Both the position numbers and the translations under genes were made by a program. Of a stretch of DNA of 64,000 nt, positions 28,901 through 55,800 are shown piece after piece (positions within the stretch are counted from its first letter, which is position 1; every line of letters starts with the position of its first letter). The stretch is taken from contig CM035361.1 in assembly GCA_020137815.1 (NCBI GenBank), positions 806,001 through 870,000 on the forward strand, given 5' to 3'. The stretch is from Hormiphora californensis. Taxonomy: Eukaryota; Animalia; Ctenophora. The notes under the pieces were generated by a model that saw only the letters and a program-made list of their open reading frames with translations, searched no databases and was not told where the DNA came from.

Positions 28901-31900
28901 CATATATGGTGTCGTGTCTAACAGCACCAATAAACTTTTAGAATTACAAACTGGTAAAGTATAAAACAAGAAAGGGAAAAGGTGGTGGACATCTTAAAAT
29001 TTAGGCCTTTTATCTTAGGTTCCCCTAAACTTTAGATTATCTGATAACAAACGGCAGTACGTTTATATTTCGTTATCATGCAGCCATACCATACATTATA
29101 CAGTCCATTTTTCAACTGTTCACCCCAAACTCGTGTGTGGATGATATTTATCTTTTTTGACATTGGCACCACACGTTAAAATGTGATAGGCACATACAAA
29201 AAATCCACACACGAAAAGGGTGGAGGGTTGTGCGGTTGAAAAAATGGACTTTAGGTATTGACGATGTGTGAATCACACTGTGGCCGTGTGCTGCAAAATA
29301 TAAATCAGAGAAAAAAAGAGGCTGGATCCATTATTTATTCGGTATTCATGATTTGATTTGCACCTGCTACAACATATTATATAGGCCATTCACTGGGCCT
29401 TTGATAAAATTAACTTAAAAATATGTCACGACCTTTCTTGAACGTCGGACTGAATTTAGTGTCCTGCACCTTGAAGCATATTATTCTCTATTCTCACAGA
29501 TTTAGACTAAGATAGACCGTGTTGTATTTAGGACAGTCCTGAGTCCACCCAACGATCCCCCCTCCTAGGGTCATGGCCATGCTAGATGGGTCGACAATAC
29601 GCATTGAAAAGATATTCAGCTAAGTTATTTTAGCCCTTGAGATCGAATGCATTGCAACATTATCTGGGAGGCGGGAGATCATTTGGCCAGACTGACAAAA
29701 ATGCGTAACAAAGTCAGGGTCGGAGATCAAACAATGTTACCTGAGTAAAAGCTTGGGGCTGGAAATATTACAATGTGGCTAGCAGAGATGAGGGGGGGGA
29801 GATAGTGATGGAGAGAGAAGCAAATAGAGAGATAGAGACGAGGAAATAGATAGTGAGGGAGATAGACAAGGCTTGGAACAACAAAGGAATTCCGCGTCTA
29901 CGACTTCTTCACTTAAAATCCACCAAAAACAACAAACAAGACAACACGGATCAACTCCGGCCTCTATGTAGTCAATTTCCAATTCACTTGGAAGAGTTAC
30001 AAAGTATCGGACCCCGATTTAGTGGCCCCAGATTTAGTGGCATGGCAGGATTTTTTTCCCCCGATGTAGGAAATTAACATTATTTGAACCCGATTTAGTG
30101 GCACCCCGATTTAGTGGCAGGATTTTTTCCCCCGAGGATGCCACTAAATCGGGGTCCGACTGTAGTACAGGATGTTCGTCACTTTGTCGTCCCAGCAGCA
30201 GGAACCGACCGAACCAAGTAAACAACCAATCAGAACTCGTTATTTAGGTCACGTGACTGGTTATCAGCCAATCAGGGACCAGTATTTCCTGATTCGGTCG
30301 GTTCATGCCCAACAGCGACAAGTTACTACGTCATGTGTCATCAGGGTCCTCATGTTGACACAGTAAATTACACGTAGGTAAATTACAGCGGTTTTAACAT
30401 TTCTTCGTTCCAGTATTAAACTGATAACAACAGAGTTTGCTCCTTCCTAACCCTGTCATCTCCGACTAACAAACGTTTGTGAGTCGGAGATGATAGGGAA
30501 GGAGCATAAGCACCAATGTGATATCTTGCACTGTAATTAGTCATCGCCATACGTTTTTCAAAGGATGTGAATAGTGTGACAAATTTTTGGGAAAAACCGA
30601 AAATATGAAAGAAACGAAAAATTTCGAGGAGAATATTATAAGTGAATTTGACACTTCGTGATGTATTCGAGTGAATAATTTCTGACATTTGTTCGGAAAT
30701 TGGAAAATCAAATTTAGCAGGGGCGTGTATTTATGTAGAAGGTTATTAGATGGGACAGATAGGGCGGGGTGGGTAAAAAAGGGCGGGCGGCCGCGTTATA
30801 CTCGGGAGAATTATATGCTTTCCATTTATCGGGATTAAGAATCTGCAAGGGATAATATCTCAGGGTTTAACATCCCCTCCTTTTCAGATGACCAATCATC
30901 GTCAGTGGAGCTTGGCGAAGATCCCCTCTCCTCGGACATCTTCTACCCCTCCTCCACACCTCCTCCCCCTCCAGCTCCCTTCACTCCCGCTAAACCACCA
31001 CGCAGCATGACGTCATCAATGACGTCACCAGAGACATCATCATCATCGCGTCCCAAATCCACCTCAAACCTGGTGATGTGTGTGGATGAGTTTATATCTG
31101 ATGACACGTGGGTGACGGTAAAGGGTCCTAATCTCACCAAAATACCGGTAAGATATTATACCAGCTGCTGTCTTTTTATGTAGCTGATCAAATCAAGATG
31201 ATCCTCAACACGAAGGAGATTTGTTATGTCTCAGTTTATTTTTTGAGCAAAAAGTGACAGGCCTATTGGGTGTTTTAGGCTTTGAGCTACATCAATCCTC
31301 CTAAATTTGAGTATTTCTCTTCCTTCCATTCTTTTAGCTACTGCCACGCTCAAAGAGTTAGAACCCATCAACATCCTCCCTCTTCCTGAAACTCCCTCTC
31401 CCTCAGGTGACAGTGGTTTGTTTAGCGGTTAGTAATGTTAGTGTATGGTGTACGGACACATGGGGAATACTCTACTTTTCTATCAACAAACGGGGCGCCT
31501 CCCTTCAGTGGACCAAGGTATGGGAGAGATAGAAAGGTTTATTGTAGGCATGTAGTGTTCAGAGCGGTTTTAATATTTAAGTTGCAATATTGTAATTTTC
31601 TGGGTTGGTCCAGTACCTACACTTCTATCACCTTCCCTGTCCCTAGGTTCAAGGTGCCAAGTTATCTTCGGTCAGTGTCAGTGATTGTGGCCAGATAGTT
31701 TGGGGAGTATCAACAAGTAACAGGTATTTGCATTTTTTTTCGACCCTCTCTCACTGTGCCCCGCTCTTTTACAAATATTGTAAAGGAGGGTTAGGACACA
31801 ACAAATGTAAAATGTAACAAAATGTAACAAAATGTAACAAAATGTAACAAAATGTAACAAAATGTAACAAAATGTAACAAAATGTAACAAAATGTATGCA

Positions 31901-34900
31901 AACAATCGAGAATTATGAGCAAGGGGGTCGCTTGACACTGTGTCCGTGCTCCGATTTTTAGAATAAAAAGTAAGTACATGAGCAATTCAAGGTTTTAAGA
32001 ATTTAAAAATGACAGTGTAATTTACGTTCTAGAAGTTAGAATATTCCCAGCACTAACAGTAACATGTGAATTGGCCTGTAAAATATCCATGGCCATGCGT
32101 GGTTTAACAAGCTACTGTATGAAAGAATTTCCATGCAACTTGCTGGGAACATATATGAAGAAACTTATTATGTGTTAGTTGGCATGCTGGGAAACTGCCC
32201 AACAGATCTTGGATCGCTTAACACTGTGTCCGTGCTAGAATAAAAAGAAAATAATATGAACAATTCAACCAAGTCCCAAGATCTACAGATATATATGTTC
32301 CTCCGTGGAGGTATATACCTTATCCTAATTATCCGCCACATGGAGGTTTACATAAACCATTATCTAGGATAATCCTTCTAATGTTTATCTGCCGCCCTAT
32401 TGTCGGGGCTACTTTTCATGAGGCCGCCACGTAGTGCTTAAATATATGCAAGCACATCATAAAATATGTATAAAAATGTTAAATTTCCTTGGCGCCATCT
32501 CATTTGGTCTCTCTCCCCCTCGTTTTCTCTATCGCCCTCTCCATCTCCCTACCCCTCTCCCTACCCCCCCCTCGCTTTCTCCCTATCCATCTCCCTACCC
32601 CTCTCCCTACCCCTCTCTCTATCGCCCTCCCCATCTCCCTACCCCTCTCCCTACCCCTCTCTCTATCTCCCTCTCCATCTCCCTACCCCTCTCCCTACCC
32701 CTCTCTCTATCGCCCTCTCCATCTCCGTACCCCTCTCCGTACCCCTCTCCCTACCCCTCTCTCGCCCTCTCCATCTCCGTACCCCTCTCCGTACCCCTCT
32801 CCCTACCCCTCTCTCGCCCTCTCCATCTCCCTACCCCTCTCTCTCCATATCCCTCCAACCCCCTTCCTTCTCTCAGAGCGATGGTGAGACTGGGTGTAGA
32901 TCTAAAGAATCCAACTGGAACTGATTGGAGCGAACTTATGCTAGATTCACAAAGCGTAGCTGTTGACTCCAGGTAAGATATGACAAGTCATGCTAGGTTT
33001 CTGACGTTTGAATAACAAAACAAGAATTATTGCATTATGTATTCATAATGCGGTGTTTCCCTGCCCTCCGTCGACAGGATCAGTATCACACTATCACAAT
33101 ATAAAGGCTTGGTCACAATGTAAGATGCATGCGTGTATGTACAGTTACACAGTGTTACTGCTCTACCCTCACCCCTTCAGCAACACCTCTTTTAGTGAGC
33201 GCTGCGCACAGCTTTGAAAAATAAGCGTCCTGACATCATATTTCATCAAAACAGTTATTTGATTTTATGAAGGAGCAGTTACTATGCTGCTACCGTGACA
33301 CACGCGATTTTGACCACGCTCGAGTTACTATTTCAAATCCGAGATTTCTAAACCCTTTATGATCTTTTTAGCACACGTGCTAAAACGATCATCCGGGTGG
33401 ATGCCCTTCGGGCATCCACCCGGGCAGGGAAAAAATTGTCTGAATTGAGATTCGCGTACGCTATTATTATTCCTCTGCCAGTCTCCTATATGTGAGGGAC
33501 GTGGATCTATAACAGCCTTGTTTTTCCCACAGTGGTGTATGGTTGTTGATGAGTAGTGGAGATAAGTTGTTACATCGGACTGGTGTTACCCAAACTGAGC
33601 CCCAGGGAGAAAAGTGGAAGACAGTACCCCTGAAGAGTATCAAACTATCCAGGTTAGTCCCCCTCTCACTGTAAACAACACGTGGCCACGTGACACACAA
33701 CACCATATATGGGCATATATGGGAGAAAAATGGAAGACAGTACCCCTGAAGAGTATCAAACTGTCCAGGTGAGTAGAACCATGCCTTACCCTCTCTATGT
33801 GTCCAAGAAGGTTAGAGCAGGAGCAAGGGAGAACCATATAATGTCTTGATCGACACTTTCTACCTTTAGGATTCGTTCACCCCTCTCTAATCCTTAAACA
33901 ACTCTCTACTTCCTTCCTTCAGGATAGCGTGCAGTGGGGGTGTACTGTGGGGTGTCAGAGATAATGGGCAGCTGGTAGTTAGACAGGGAATAACAACCGA
34001 CAAACCAACAGGTAATCTATCCATTCTGTTCGTAAAGTGTTCCTTGGATCAAAAGAAACAGGTTGGTTAAGGTCCCATGCTTCTAACTTATCTGTTTGGT
34101 TTCATTATTCACACCAATGGTGTTGGCGGGTGTGACATGACATCGAAGACGCTCATTTAGACGTTTCGGCTGTACGGCCATTATCATAAGATATCATTAT
34201 GTACATAAAGGACAACATTGTAAAAGACTGGACCAAACGGCAAACAAACACAACATGAATATATAAGCCAAAAACTTATGTTTGAAGCTTGCACGTGTAT
34301 GCGTGTTCCTAGTTATGAAGGAATTCCAAACACAACATAGAGACGTCATCTTTTCAACAAACTTTTAATTGGACACCAAGGAATGTAACAAACAATTAGT
34401 TTATACTTTATTCCAAATTTCGATTTTGTGCACCACTCACTTTGACCATGCTTCTTCCAGGTGACTCATGGCATCTAATGCGGGTAAACAATGTACGGGA
34501 GTGCCACGTTGGGAGATCACTGGAAATTGGTTGGGTTGTTGATACAGCAGGGATAGTGTACTTTCAGGTGAGAGCTAGTTACCATTAGTTACCATTAGTT
34601 ACCCCTAGTTACCATTAGTTACCACTAGTTACCATTAGTTACCACAACCCCTCCTATGGTGGCATGTGTTACCCCTAGTTACCCCTAGTTACCCCTAGTT
34701 ACCCCTAGTTACCATAACTCTCCCTCCCCTCCAGAGTGGTGTGACACAAACTAAGCCCCATGGTACCAACCTATGGTGGCATGTGTTACCCCTAGTTACC
34801 CCTAGCTACCATAACTCTCCTCTCCAGAGTGGTGTAACACAAACTAAGCCCCATGGTACCAACCTATGGTGGCATGTGTTACCCCTAGTTACCCCTAGCT

Positions 34901-37076
34901 ACCATAACTCTCCTCTCCAGAGTGGTGTAACACAAACTAAGCCCCATGGTACCAACCTATGGTGGCATGTTAGTGCTAGCGAGCATGTTGGTACCGGCCC
35001 GGGGACCACTGCCAGCCTCGCAGGATGGTTCGGAGCACGACGCCGCAGTGAAACAAAACAGGTCAGTTATTTATCTTGATTTAAAACAAAAAAGAGCAAG
35101 TTTTATTTAATTTTAGTTAGTTTTGGCACACAAAACAAAAACAGGTTTATTTGAATTGTCCATACTTAATTTGTTTGACATAAAATGAAGTGCAGACACA
35201 GTGTCAAGCGACTCAAAATTTATTCTTGATTTGATTTTAGTTACTTTTGGTTACTTTGGTTGATAAACTGGTTATCCAGCGGTATCACCTAACTGAATTT
35301 GTTGTATGCTATCTTGAAAACAACTAATTGTCTGTCACCAGGTTGCCACGTCTACTGAGGGTGGTGTTTGGTTGCTATGCGGTGACTCAACTCTGTGCCG
35401 TCGCTATGGTAACATAACGGGCCATAACTGGGCAAGTGTGTTGCGGTCTTCACTAGGCAATACTGGACAAAGGTACTGACTCCTTTTTTATTTCTTCAAT
35501 CCCCAATAATCTGGTCCTATACAATATTATATATTCCCTATTTCTTGTCTAGCTCTATGACCCTAGTATCCGTCATGGTTGCGATGAAAGTCCCACACAC
35601 TTCATTATTTCCCTTCCACCCTCTCCCTACTCCTCCCTACTCCCTACTCCTCCCTACTCCCTACTCCTCCCTACTCCCTACTCCTCCCTACTCCCTACTC
35701 CTCCCTACTCCCTACTCCTCCCTACTCCCTACTCCTCCCTACTCCCTACTCCTCCCTACTCCCTACTCCTCCCTACTCCCTACTCCTCCCTACTCCCTAC
35801 TCCTCCCTACTCCTCCCTACTCCCTACTCCTCCCTACTCCCTACTCCTCCCTACTCCTCCCTACTCCTCCCTACTCCCTACTCCTCCCTACTCCCTACTC
35901 CTCCCTACTCCCTACTCCTCCCTACTCCCTACTCCCTACTCCTCCCTACTCCCTACTCCTCCCTACTCCCTACTCCTCCCTACTCCCTACTCCTCCATAC
36001 TCCCTACTCCTCCCTACTCCCTACTCCTCCCTACTCCCTACTCTCTACTTCTCCCTATTTCAAATCCCCGCCCTCCCCAGGTTACGCTGGACAGGTCTGG
36101 TGGCGCAGGGAGCCTACCCGGACAAGACATCACCCGTGTGGGCTGTAAATGGAGACGGAGAGCTGCTGTGTCTAACACGGTCCTGCGAACCCCGACTACT
36201 GGAAATACCTGAGGTATGGAGTTAAAGTTAAACTCTAAAGTTTTTGTGCTATCCTGGAATATTAAAACAAATAATCATGTATATCCAGGTGACGGTTTGT
36301 GTGGGTGCGACGTTAGGGGTGCTATGGGTATTAGACATCAAAGGAAGAATTCTGGTTCGTCATGGAATTTCTGAGGGAAACCTAATGGGCGACCAATGGA
36401 AGGTAGTATTGTGTTTTGTAATGTGTAATGAGTTTCAGTTTCTAAACTCTAAAGTTTTTGCCATGTCCTGAAAACAACCACTAAACACGGTATACAAACT
36501 CATATATTGTTCTCTTTTCACAGGTGCTAAACCTGACTCAGCTGACCCAGACTCTTGTCCACCTTGTTCACATCTCTGTTTCTGAATGCAGTGTATGGGC
36601 TGTGGATAGGAGGGGTCTAGTTTGGTATCGAAGTGGAACCCTCGCAGGGTCAGATGGGAGGGTGGTTCAGGCGTGGGTGCAAGTGGATGGTAATGGACTA
36701 CTGTTTAAACAGGTGAGAAACATTTTAACCTTTGATATGTCCACCACATTTGAACATTTCTCCAATACAGCCTGACCGGATTGCTCTTGGGAACGGGATT
36801 TTTCCAGTAAATCACGGTGCAAAATCAGAGTCCAAACTGCAATCTATATCCTGACACCCGATTCTTGCAGGTCCAAGTAGGTAAAGGACACATGGTATGG
36901 GCACTAGACACGAAGGGCACAGTGTTTGTTCGGGTGGGAGTCACGCCCCAGCTGCCAGTTGGGGAGCACTGGGAAGCTGTTCCTGGGACACTCTGTAAAC
37001 AAATATCTGTCAGTGCCAACCAGGTGAGATTGTTACTTTTACTAAGGGGAGATGTGTAAGATCGTTACTTTTACTA

Positions 37077-37159
<83 letters not shown>

Positions 37160-37814
37160 TTATGTATTTTTGTCCTGTAAATCGCCCATATTTACCACTC
37201 CATGAAACCCCCAACTCTCGTCTCTCCTCCCAACCTCTCAACAAAACTCTCCAGGTGTATGGTGTAACTAGTAGTAACACCCTGGTGTGCCGTTACGGGA
37301 TCTCTCCCTCCCTACCGGCGGGTAACTACTGGCGACGTCTAGCAGGACCATCCCCTGACAGGACTGTCAAAATGCTGTCTACCACACTTAACAACTGTCT
37401 TTGGTAAGAACAAGAATACATTTGATTTGTGTCTATTTTAATTGATTTAGTACCATTATATATTATATCGTTGTTTATCTTGTTGATATTTAATTTTTTT
37501 GTTTCGTCCTCATTTTAGGTCTGTCTGGTGGCCTGACCTTCAGTGCCAGCTGAGATCGGATCGGTGCCGCCAGACAGCATTTTAACCTGATGAGTGCTAA
37601 TAACAGCCGCTACCTATTATATTTTACCAATGATTTAACTCTTGTTATTGATTGGTAACCATTGGTAACCCACTTACCAACCATCCCCAGGTGCGAGGGA
37701 GGGAATGGTGAGCTGTACCGGCGACGTGTCAAGGTGGTCCAGACTGTATCACCCGGTGCCACACCAACCAACAACACTGGGCAGCCAAACTATGACGGCT
37801 GGGAAGTCCTGTGA
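8415..37814 (+). CDS. TECPR2: TECPR2 (tectonin beta-propeller repeat-containing 2), multi-exon, 5' WD40 part not resolved. Linker exons ~8415/8521-9464, 10502-~10652, 11155-11266, 12032-12123, 12267-12378, 18662-18744, 19140-19250, 20106-20199, 30888-31147; TECPR-repeat exons ~31407 to 37692-37814
   Basis: C-terminal part matches TECPR2: [19 protein letters not shown]; [31 protein letters not shown]; [16 protein letters not shown]; terminal LIR DGWEVL* (human ends WEVI). Upstream acidic/Ser-rich exons form a phase-compatible chain into 30888. [14 protein letters not shown] at 8467 resembles the last WD40 blade. Confidence is high for 30888-37814 and moderate for linkage of 8415-20199. Confidence 0.75.
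10336..10444. mobile_element. 109-bp hAT-type MITE
   Basis: TIR caggaaccgaccgaa; 8-bp TSD CCTCGCAG. Confidence 0.9.
10845..11140. repeat. (GA)n followed by (CT)n microsatellite (quasi-palindromic)
   Basis: Visible dinucleotide runs. Confidence 0.9.
11441..12036 (+). repeat. 30-bp tandem array (~20 copies), each copy containing a splice acceptor ccctcag|gagcac
   Basis: Period 30; the last copy is the acceptor of exon 12032. Confidence 0.9.
13023..15542 (-). CDS. MFS transporter, SLC18B1-like; exons 15542-15428, 15250-15089, 14742-14588, 14084-13926, 13763-13023
   Basis: All junctions GT-AG and in phase. Starts [55 protein letters not shown]; contains [18 protein letters not shown]; ~12 hydrophobic segments in two halves. 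Confidence 0.8.
17679..18330. mobile_element. MITE-like element with gtgccccga/tcggggcac ends and internal ~180-bp tandem duplication
   Basis: Short TIR, many ggctgca motifs; 17858-18003 repeated at ~18037-18183. Confidence 0.5.
19297..19453. mobile_element. Tc1/mariner(pogo)-type MITE (other copies ~19891-19970, 30006-30162, ~39780-39911, 41146-41229, 47653-47808, ~63690-63765, ~63850-63925)
   Basis: TA|cagtcggaccccgatttaccgg...ccggtaaatcggggtccgactg|TA. Confidence 0.85.
21196..26041 (-). CDS. Rh-type (Rhesus family) ammonia channel, multi-exon; possible alternative last exon 20647-20576
   Basis: Rh motifs [83 protein letters not shown]; ATG at 26041 ([14 protein letters not shown]). Confidence 0.92.
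21335..22614 (+). mobile_element. Penelope-like element (C-terminal GIY-YIG, probably Nematis-type), 5'-truncated with a 503-bp inverted arm, in an Rh intron
   Basis: ORF remnant [44 protein letters not shown]; 21335-21837 is the reverse complement of 22112-22614. Confidence 0.9.
22540..22578 (+). ncRNA. Minimal type I hammerhead ribozyme in PLE 3' arm (mirror copy ~21371-21409 -)
   Basis: AAUC-CUGACGA-UCGC UUUU GCGU-GAA-ACA UU UGU-U^GAUU: conserved core, stems I-III, GUU cleavage triplet. Confidence 0.75.
30199..30307. mobile_element. 109-bp hAT-type MITE
   Basis: TSD cccagcag/cccaacag (1 mismatch). Confidence 0.85.
31801..31893. repeat. 10-bp minisatellite (AAAATGTAAC)n
   Basis: Visible tandem repeat. 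Confidence 0.9.
32520..32870. repeat. Pyrimidine-rich minisatellite (ccctacccctct/ccatct) just upstream of an acceptor
   Basis: Visible; source of spurious Pro/Ser ORFs. Confidence 0.85.
33019..33433 (-). mobile_element. Non-autonomous Helentron-type element (HINE)
   Basis: T-rich start, subTIR ttccctgcc/ggcagggaa, 5' hairpin ccgggtggatgccc-gaa-gggcatccacccgg, 3' hairpin gcattatg..cataatgc followed by cttgtt; no TSD. Confidence 0.7.
35620..36045. repeat. (CCTACT/CCT)n minisatellite
   Basis: Visible; source of spurious 35545 ORF N-terminal part. Confidence 0.9.
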
Positions 37815-38663
37815 GAGGGTGGTGTCGAAGATTTCTGTGGACCTGGATCTTTGTTGAGCTGTTGGCTGTCACTGACAGTGTCACTGTCACTGTCACTGTC
37901 ACTGTCACTGAAAGTGTCAGACTCAGAGCATTGGCCTGACAGAATGTTGAGCAAAATAATGACATGATTTGGACAATTTGTTGGAAGAGAGAAGTTCATG
38001 TTTGACGTTAATGTTTGATTCAAAGCGCTGGGCCGCAAAGAAACACTTAGAAGTTATGTGCATACATTTGAAAAGTAAAATAATTGAGAAATCGAGTGTG
38101 TCCGAGTTTATTTTTTACTCTAACTTTTAATTTTTAAGAGTCTTTTATGTATTTTTGTGTGTTGATGTTGAATTTGGGTTTTCCCTCAATCAAAATTATA
38201 TAGTTTTAATTCGGGAATACATAGTATGATTCTGGGAAATGGAGGTGTGGCAAGAATTTTGCTGCAACTGAAAAACGATGGAGTGTGCAGTAAATTTATT
38301 TTGACGCTGCTTTTATAAGGCGCGCGTTTTTATTGCGCGGCGCGAGAGAGTTAGAATTCGATTGCAAAAAATGCAAAAATGTGTTTTCAGAAGTTTTCTT
38401 CTTCTTTTTTTCTTGTTTTTCTTATTTTTTTCGCTTTTCCCCCTTCGTTTTCGCTCTCTCATGAGTCGTTTTGTCGTTAATCGGCAGCTTTAGGTCTCTT
38501 TATATACCTTATAATTGAAGTTAATTCACCAAAAGGTTCCCAGACTGTTTTTTCGGCAATAAAACTTACAGAAAAGGGGGCTAGGGCATATCTGCCACTC
38601 AATACTTCTGCCACAGTATAGATAACGCATGGCCTACGAGAACTGAAAATGGCATAGTATGGA

Positions 38664-52327
<13,664 letters not shown>

Positions 52328-52880
52328 GTAAGTCAAGGACAAATGAGAGATAGTACAAACACTCCTGTTTTCAACTATGTGTGTAAAAATTCGAGGTCAT
52401 ACCGTACTGTTACGACCCATTCCCCGAGCAACCCAGTTTTAATCAGGGTTAGGAGATACTAAAATACAACGAGAATACAACACACTGTCGGCAGCTTAAA
52501 CAGCACATATATTATTACACAACTAGTAAAATCTCTCTCTCTCTCCCATGTTCAACCCATATCTCAACCCACAACCCCTCACAACCCAATATGTCAGTTC
52601 ATAATATAACTTAAATACCATCATTTTACAGTCTGTATTATAGATGAACCTCTGATTGATGTTATCCGGGAATCCTCAGTTTTATATCTCGTTTCCAGCC
52701 CGGGGGTCCGGGATTCCATTTCCATTCCGTCCCCATCCCCCCGGTTGGGTGGCCTTTTTACTAGATCCGCTAGGAAAAGGCAGTACGGCCTTAGCAGCGT
52801 TCCTACGTGGTCCCTGGTTGTAGTTTGGTGTGTGAGGGATGATTGATCTTTGGATTACATACAGAAAGGTGTAGTTGGTT

Positions 52881-55800
52881 TTATGAAGGAGCAGTTGGTT
52901 TTATGAAGGAGTTATTGTAGCTGTGGCGGAGCTTTGAGAATGTGTCATTTCTACATAGAAGCAGCTTATATTACCTAAGAGTTTCACCCCGCTGTATTAG
53001 TATAAGGGGGTTGATAGTGCTATTAATAACAGGTAGAAGGGTTGTTACGGTGTATAATATCTCAGGGCCCATCCAGGCACTCTGTAGACCATTCATGTAA
53101 TACCTGGATAACAGAAAGGTTTGATAGTTAGGGAACAAGTCAGGATCTCGAGATATTTCATATTACGATTGAAGCATAACTCGCATTATTAGTATTACGC
53201 CACATTCTTATTAATGTCATATTTTGACATCATGTTACCCCCATGTTACGTAAAATATATGACGTCACATTAAAACAGTGACGTCATTTTCACTCACCAT
53301 GAGAAGAGAACAAAGAAGGGGGTGTTGAAGCAGATAAAGACAACCGTTAATCTGAGTACTGTCCCTGTTATCCTTTTATTTACCCTGAACAATATATACA
53401 TATGGGTTAGAATAAATTCAGGTAAAACAATACATGGGTTGATCTGCCGAACACCAGCACAGAGCAGTGTGAGCCACGCAATACATGGGTTAGAATAAAT
53501 TCGGCTAAAGCATTGGTTAAATCCAATGAATTCAAACTGTTTTATTGGCAGATTACTGATTGTTACCTTGTGCTATTGTTTGATCGTTTCTGTATGACGA
53601 CCCTCCTCCGTAGTTCGGCTACCTAGAATTAGAAAAGCAGGATTAATTCTTGTCATGCTCTAATTCCCCCTCTACATAAACAGTCACGGGGCGGGGAGAG
53701 AAATGGCTGGGTTTATGTCATGGTTCCGGGTTTATGTCATGGTTGTTACAGTGGTCATCCGACATATTCCGACGTGAAATTCGACCTGAATCTCGACCTG
53801 GAATGAGGCGCGCATCAGAGAGATGTGCCGCAGTAAGAAAATGCTATCGCGCTTCAACTTTTCTCTCTCGTTAGTCTTTGTGTCTCTCTCACTACGAATG
53901 CGCGCCTCATTCCAGGTCGAGATTCAGGTCGAATTTCACGTCGAGGTATGGCAATTATGTCGGATGACCACTGTGATGGTTACTATTGGTTGTCATGGTT
54001 ACTATATTGGTTGTCATGGTTACAGCTCACCTGAACAGCAGAGGTTGCCAACATTAGTAGTGATGGAAGAGCGAAGGGAATCATGAGGAGTATTATGAGG
54101 TACATCAACGGGGTAAAGGGCAGTAAACTGAAAAGGCGTGTACTGGTAGTCTGGGTTAGTATTAGAGTTACAAATTAAAAACAGTGGTGGTTTTTGAGGT
54201 CTATACAGTGTTTTTCATGGTGTCTCACTACGAGACACCAATTTATCATTAGTACATAGTAGTCTGGGTTAGTATTACGTGGATGGTCCCCCTTTATTTC
54301 TCTTATCAAACACTACAACAGTTCTCCGTGATCTCAATTGCACGATCCATGAAGGATGTAATGTGATCCGCAAAGGATGTACCCGACCATTATTTGTTTA
54401 TTTAATTACTTATTTGATTAATTAACTAATTCTTACTATTTGATGAAAAGCCAGTCCATGAGTCCCTGGCCCACTGCTGGTAGAAACAGTAGATACTGAT
54501 AGAAAATATACGGGTGGCTGTCCCTGAGGAAAGAGAGAATATTTAGAAGATATTGATTTGCTTGATAGATAATATCATTTAAATGGATTCTTTAATGGAT
54601 TCGTCAGTTATATAACCCGAAAACATTATAACCACTTATGCTTATAGCTATAGGATGGACTGATTGCAAAGTAGATCATTCCCTCTCACAAGTCTAGAGT
54701 AAGTTGAGAACATGAATCATGCTGCCAGACCAAACCCAAAGAACCGAGACAAACCCTGCAAAACCAACCTTCAAACCAAACAACCAGCAAACCTCCACCA
54801 AACCTCCAAACCTCCACCAACCTCCAAACCTCCAAACCTAAACGCAACCTTAACCACACCTAACGCCGTCAAACACCAAGAGATCCGGAACAGCCGAAAG
54901 ACCGAGACCCTCCGTCCACTAAGAGTATAGGTTACCAAACATAACCTTGTGACCTTGTGACATCTAGATATCTATATTATAATATTAAGAATGTATCCTG
55001 TCCAATTGCAATGGAATGTCGGACTGACAGCTCGATATTTTAATATGACTATCTTGATTTGCTTGAATCTTGATAGATAAATTCTTTCGTTAATGGTTAA
55101 CATATCAGAAGATATTACTTATATCAATTTTAAGTGGCTATTATGTTTTCTTGTAGCATAAATATGCTTATAGCTATACGATAGAGTGATTGCAAAGTTG
55201 AGTTTCCTATCACAAGTCTAGACACGAGTATAGACTATAAGTTACCAAAAACCAGTTAAACCTTGTGACCACTTATATATGTAATATTTAGAGTACAAAG
55301 TAATACAAGTTTTTAATTTTTTCCCCGCCCGGGTGAATGCCGAAGGCATTCACCCGGATGCCTTTTGCAAAAAGGCATAGGGGTTTAGAATTCGACAAGT
55401 TTACATACTAGTGAAGTGTCACGCTTTTTTTGTCCCGTGACGTAACCCATCCATAGCAACCATCCAGTGCGGAGTGCTCAAAATATCATTTGAAATACTT
55501 CACACACGCTCTAATTCAAATTGCCCACGAAGGCGACGCCCGCAAAGTTATTACAGTGCTGAAATGACGCACTTTCATTAGAACGCGCAGCCCGGCGCCG
55601 CGCGCCCCTTCCTGTTTGCAATTCATAACGTTCATCGTTCGTCATGTGTTCGTCATTACAATTGCGCTCTGGTATTGTCATTGATTACATGAGGTGAGAG
55701 GTCAGTTGAGTGGAGATCACATAGACTAGAAAAGGAGCCTAATTAGGCAGCTCATCACCTGCACTGTTCTGTCTCACCTTTCAGAATCTCATTAGGTCAT

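Noticed and set aside
30888-37814. TECPR1 assignment
   Set aside because: No dysferlin or PH domain seen; C-terminal repeats and terminal LIR match TECPR2
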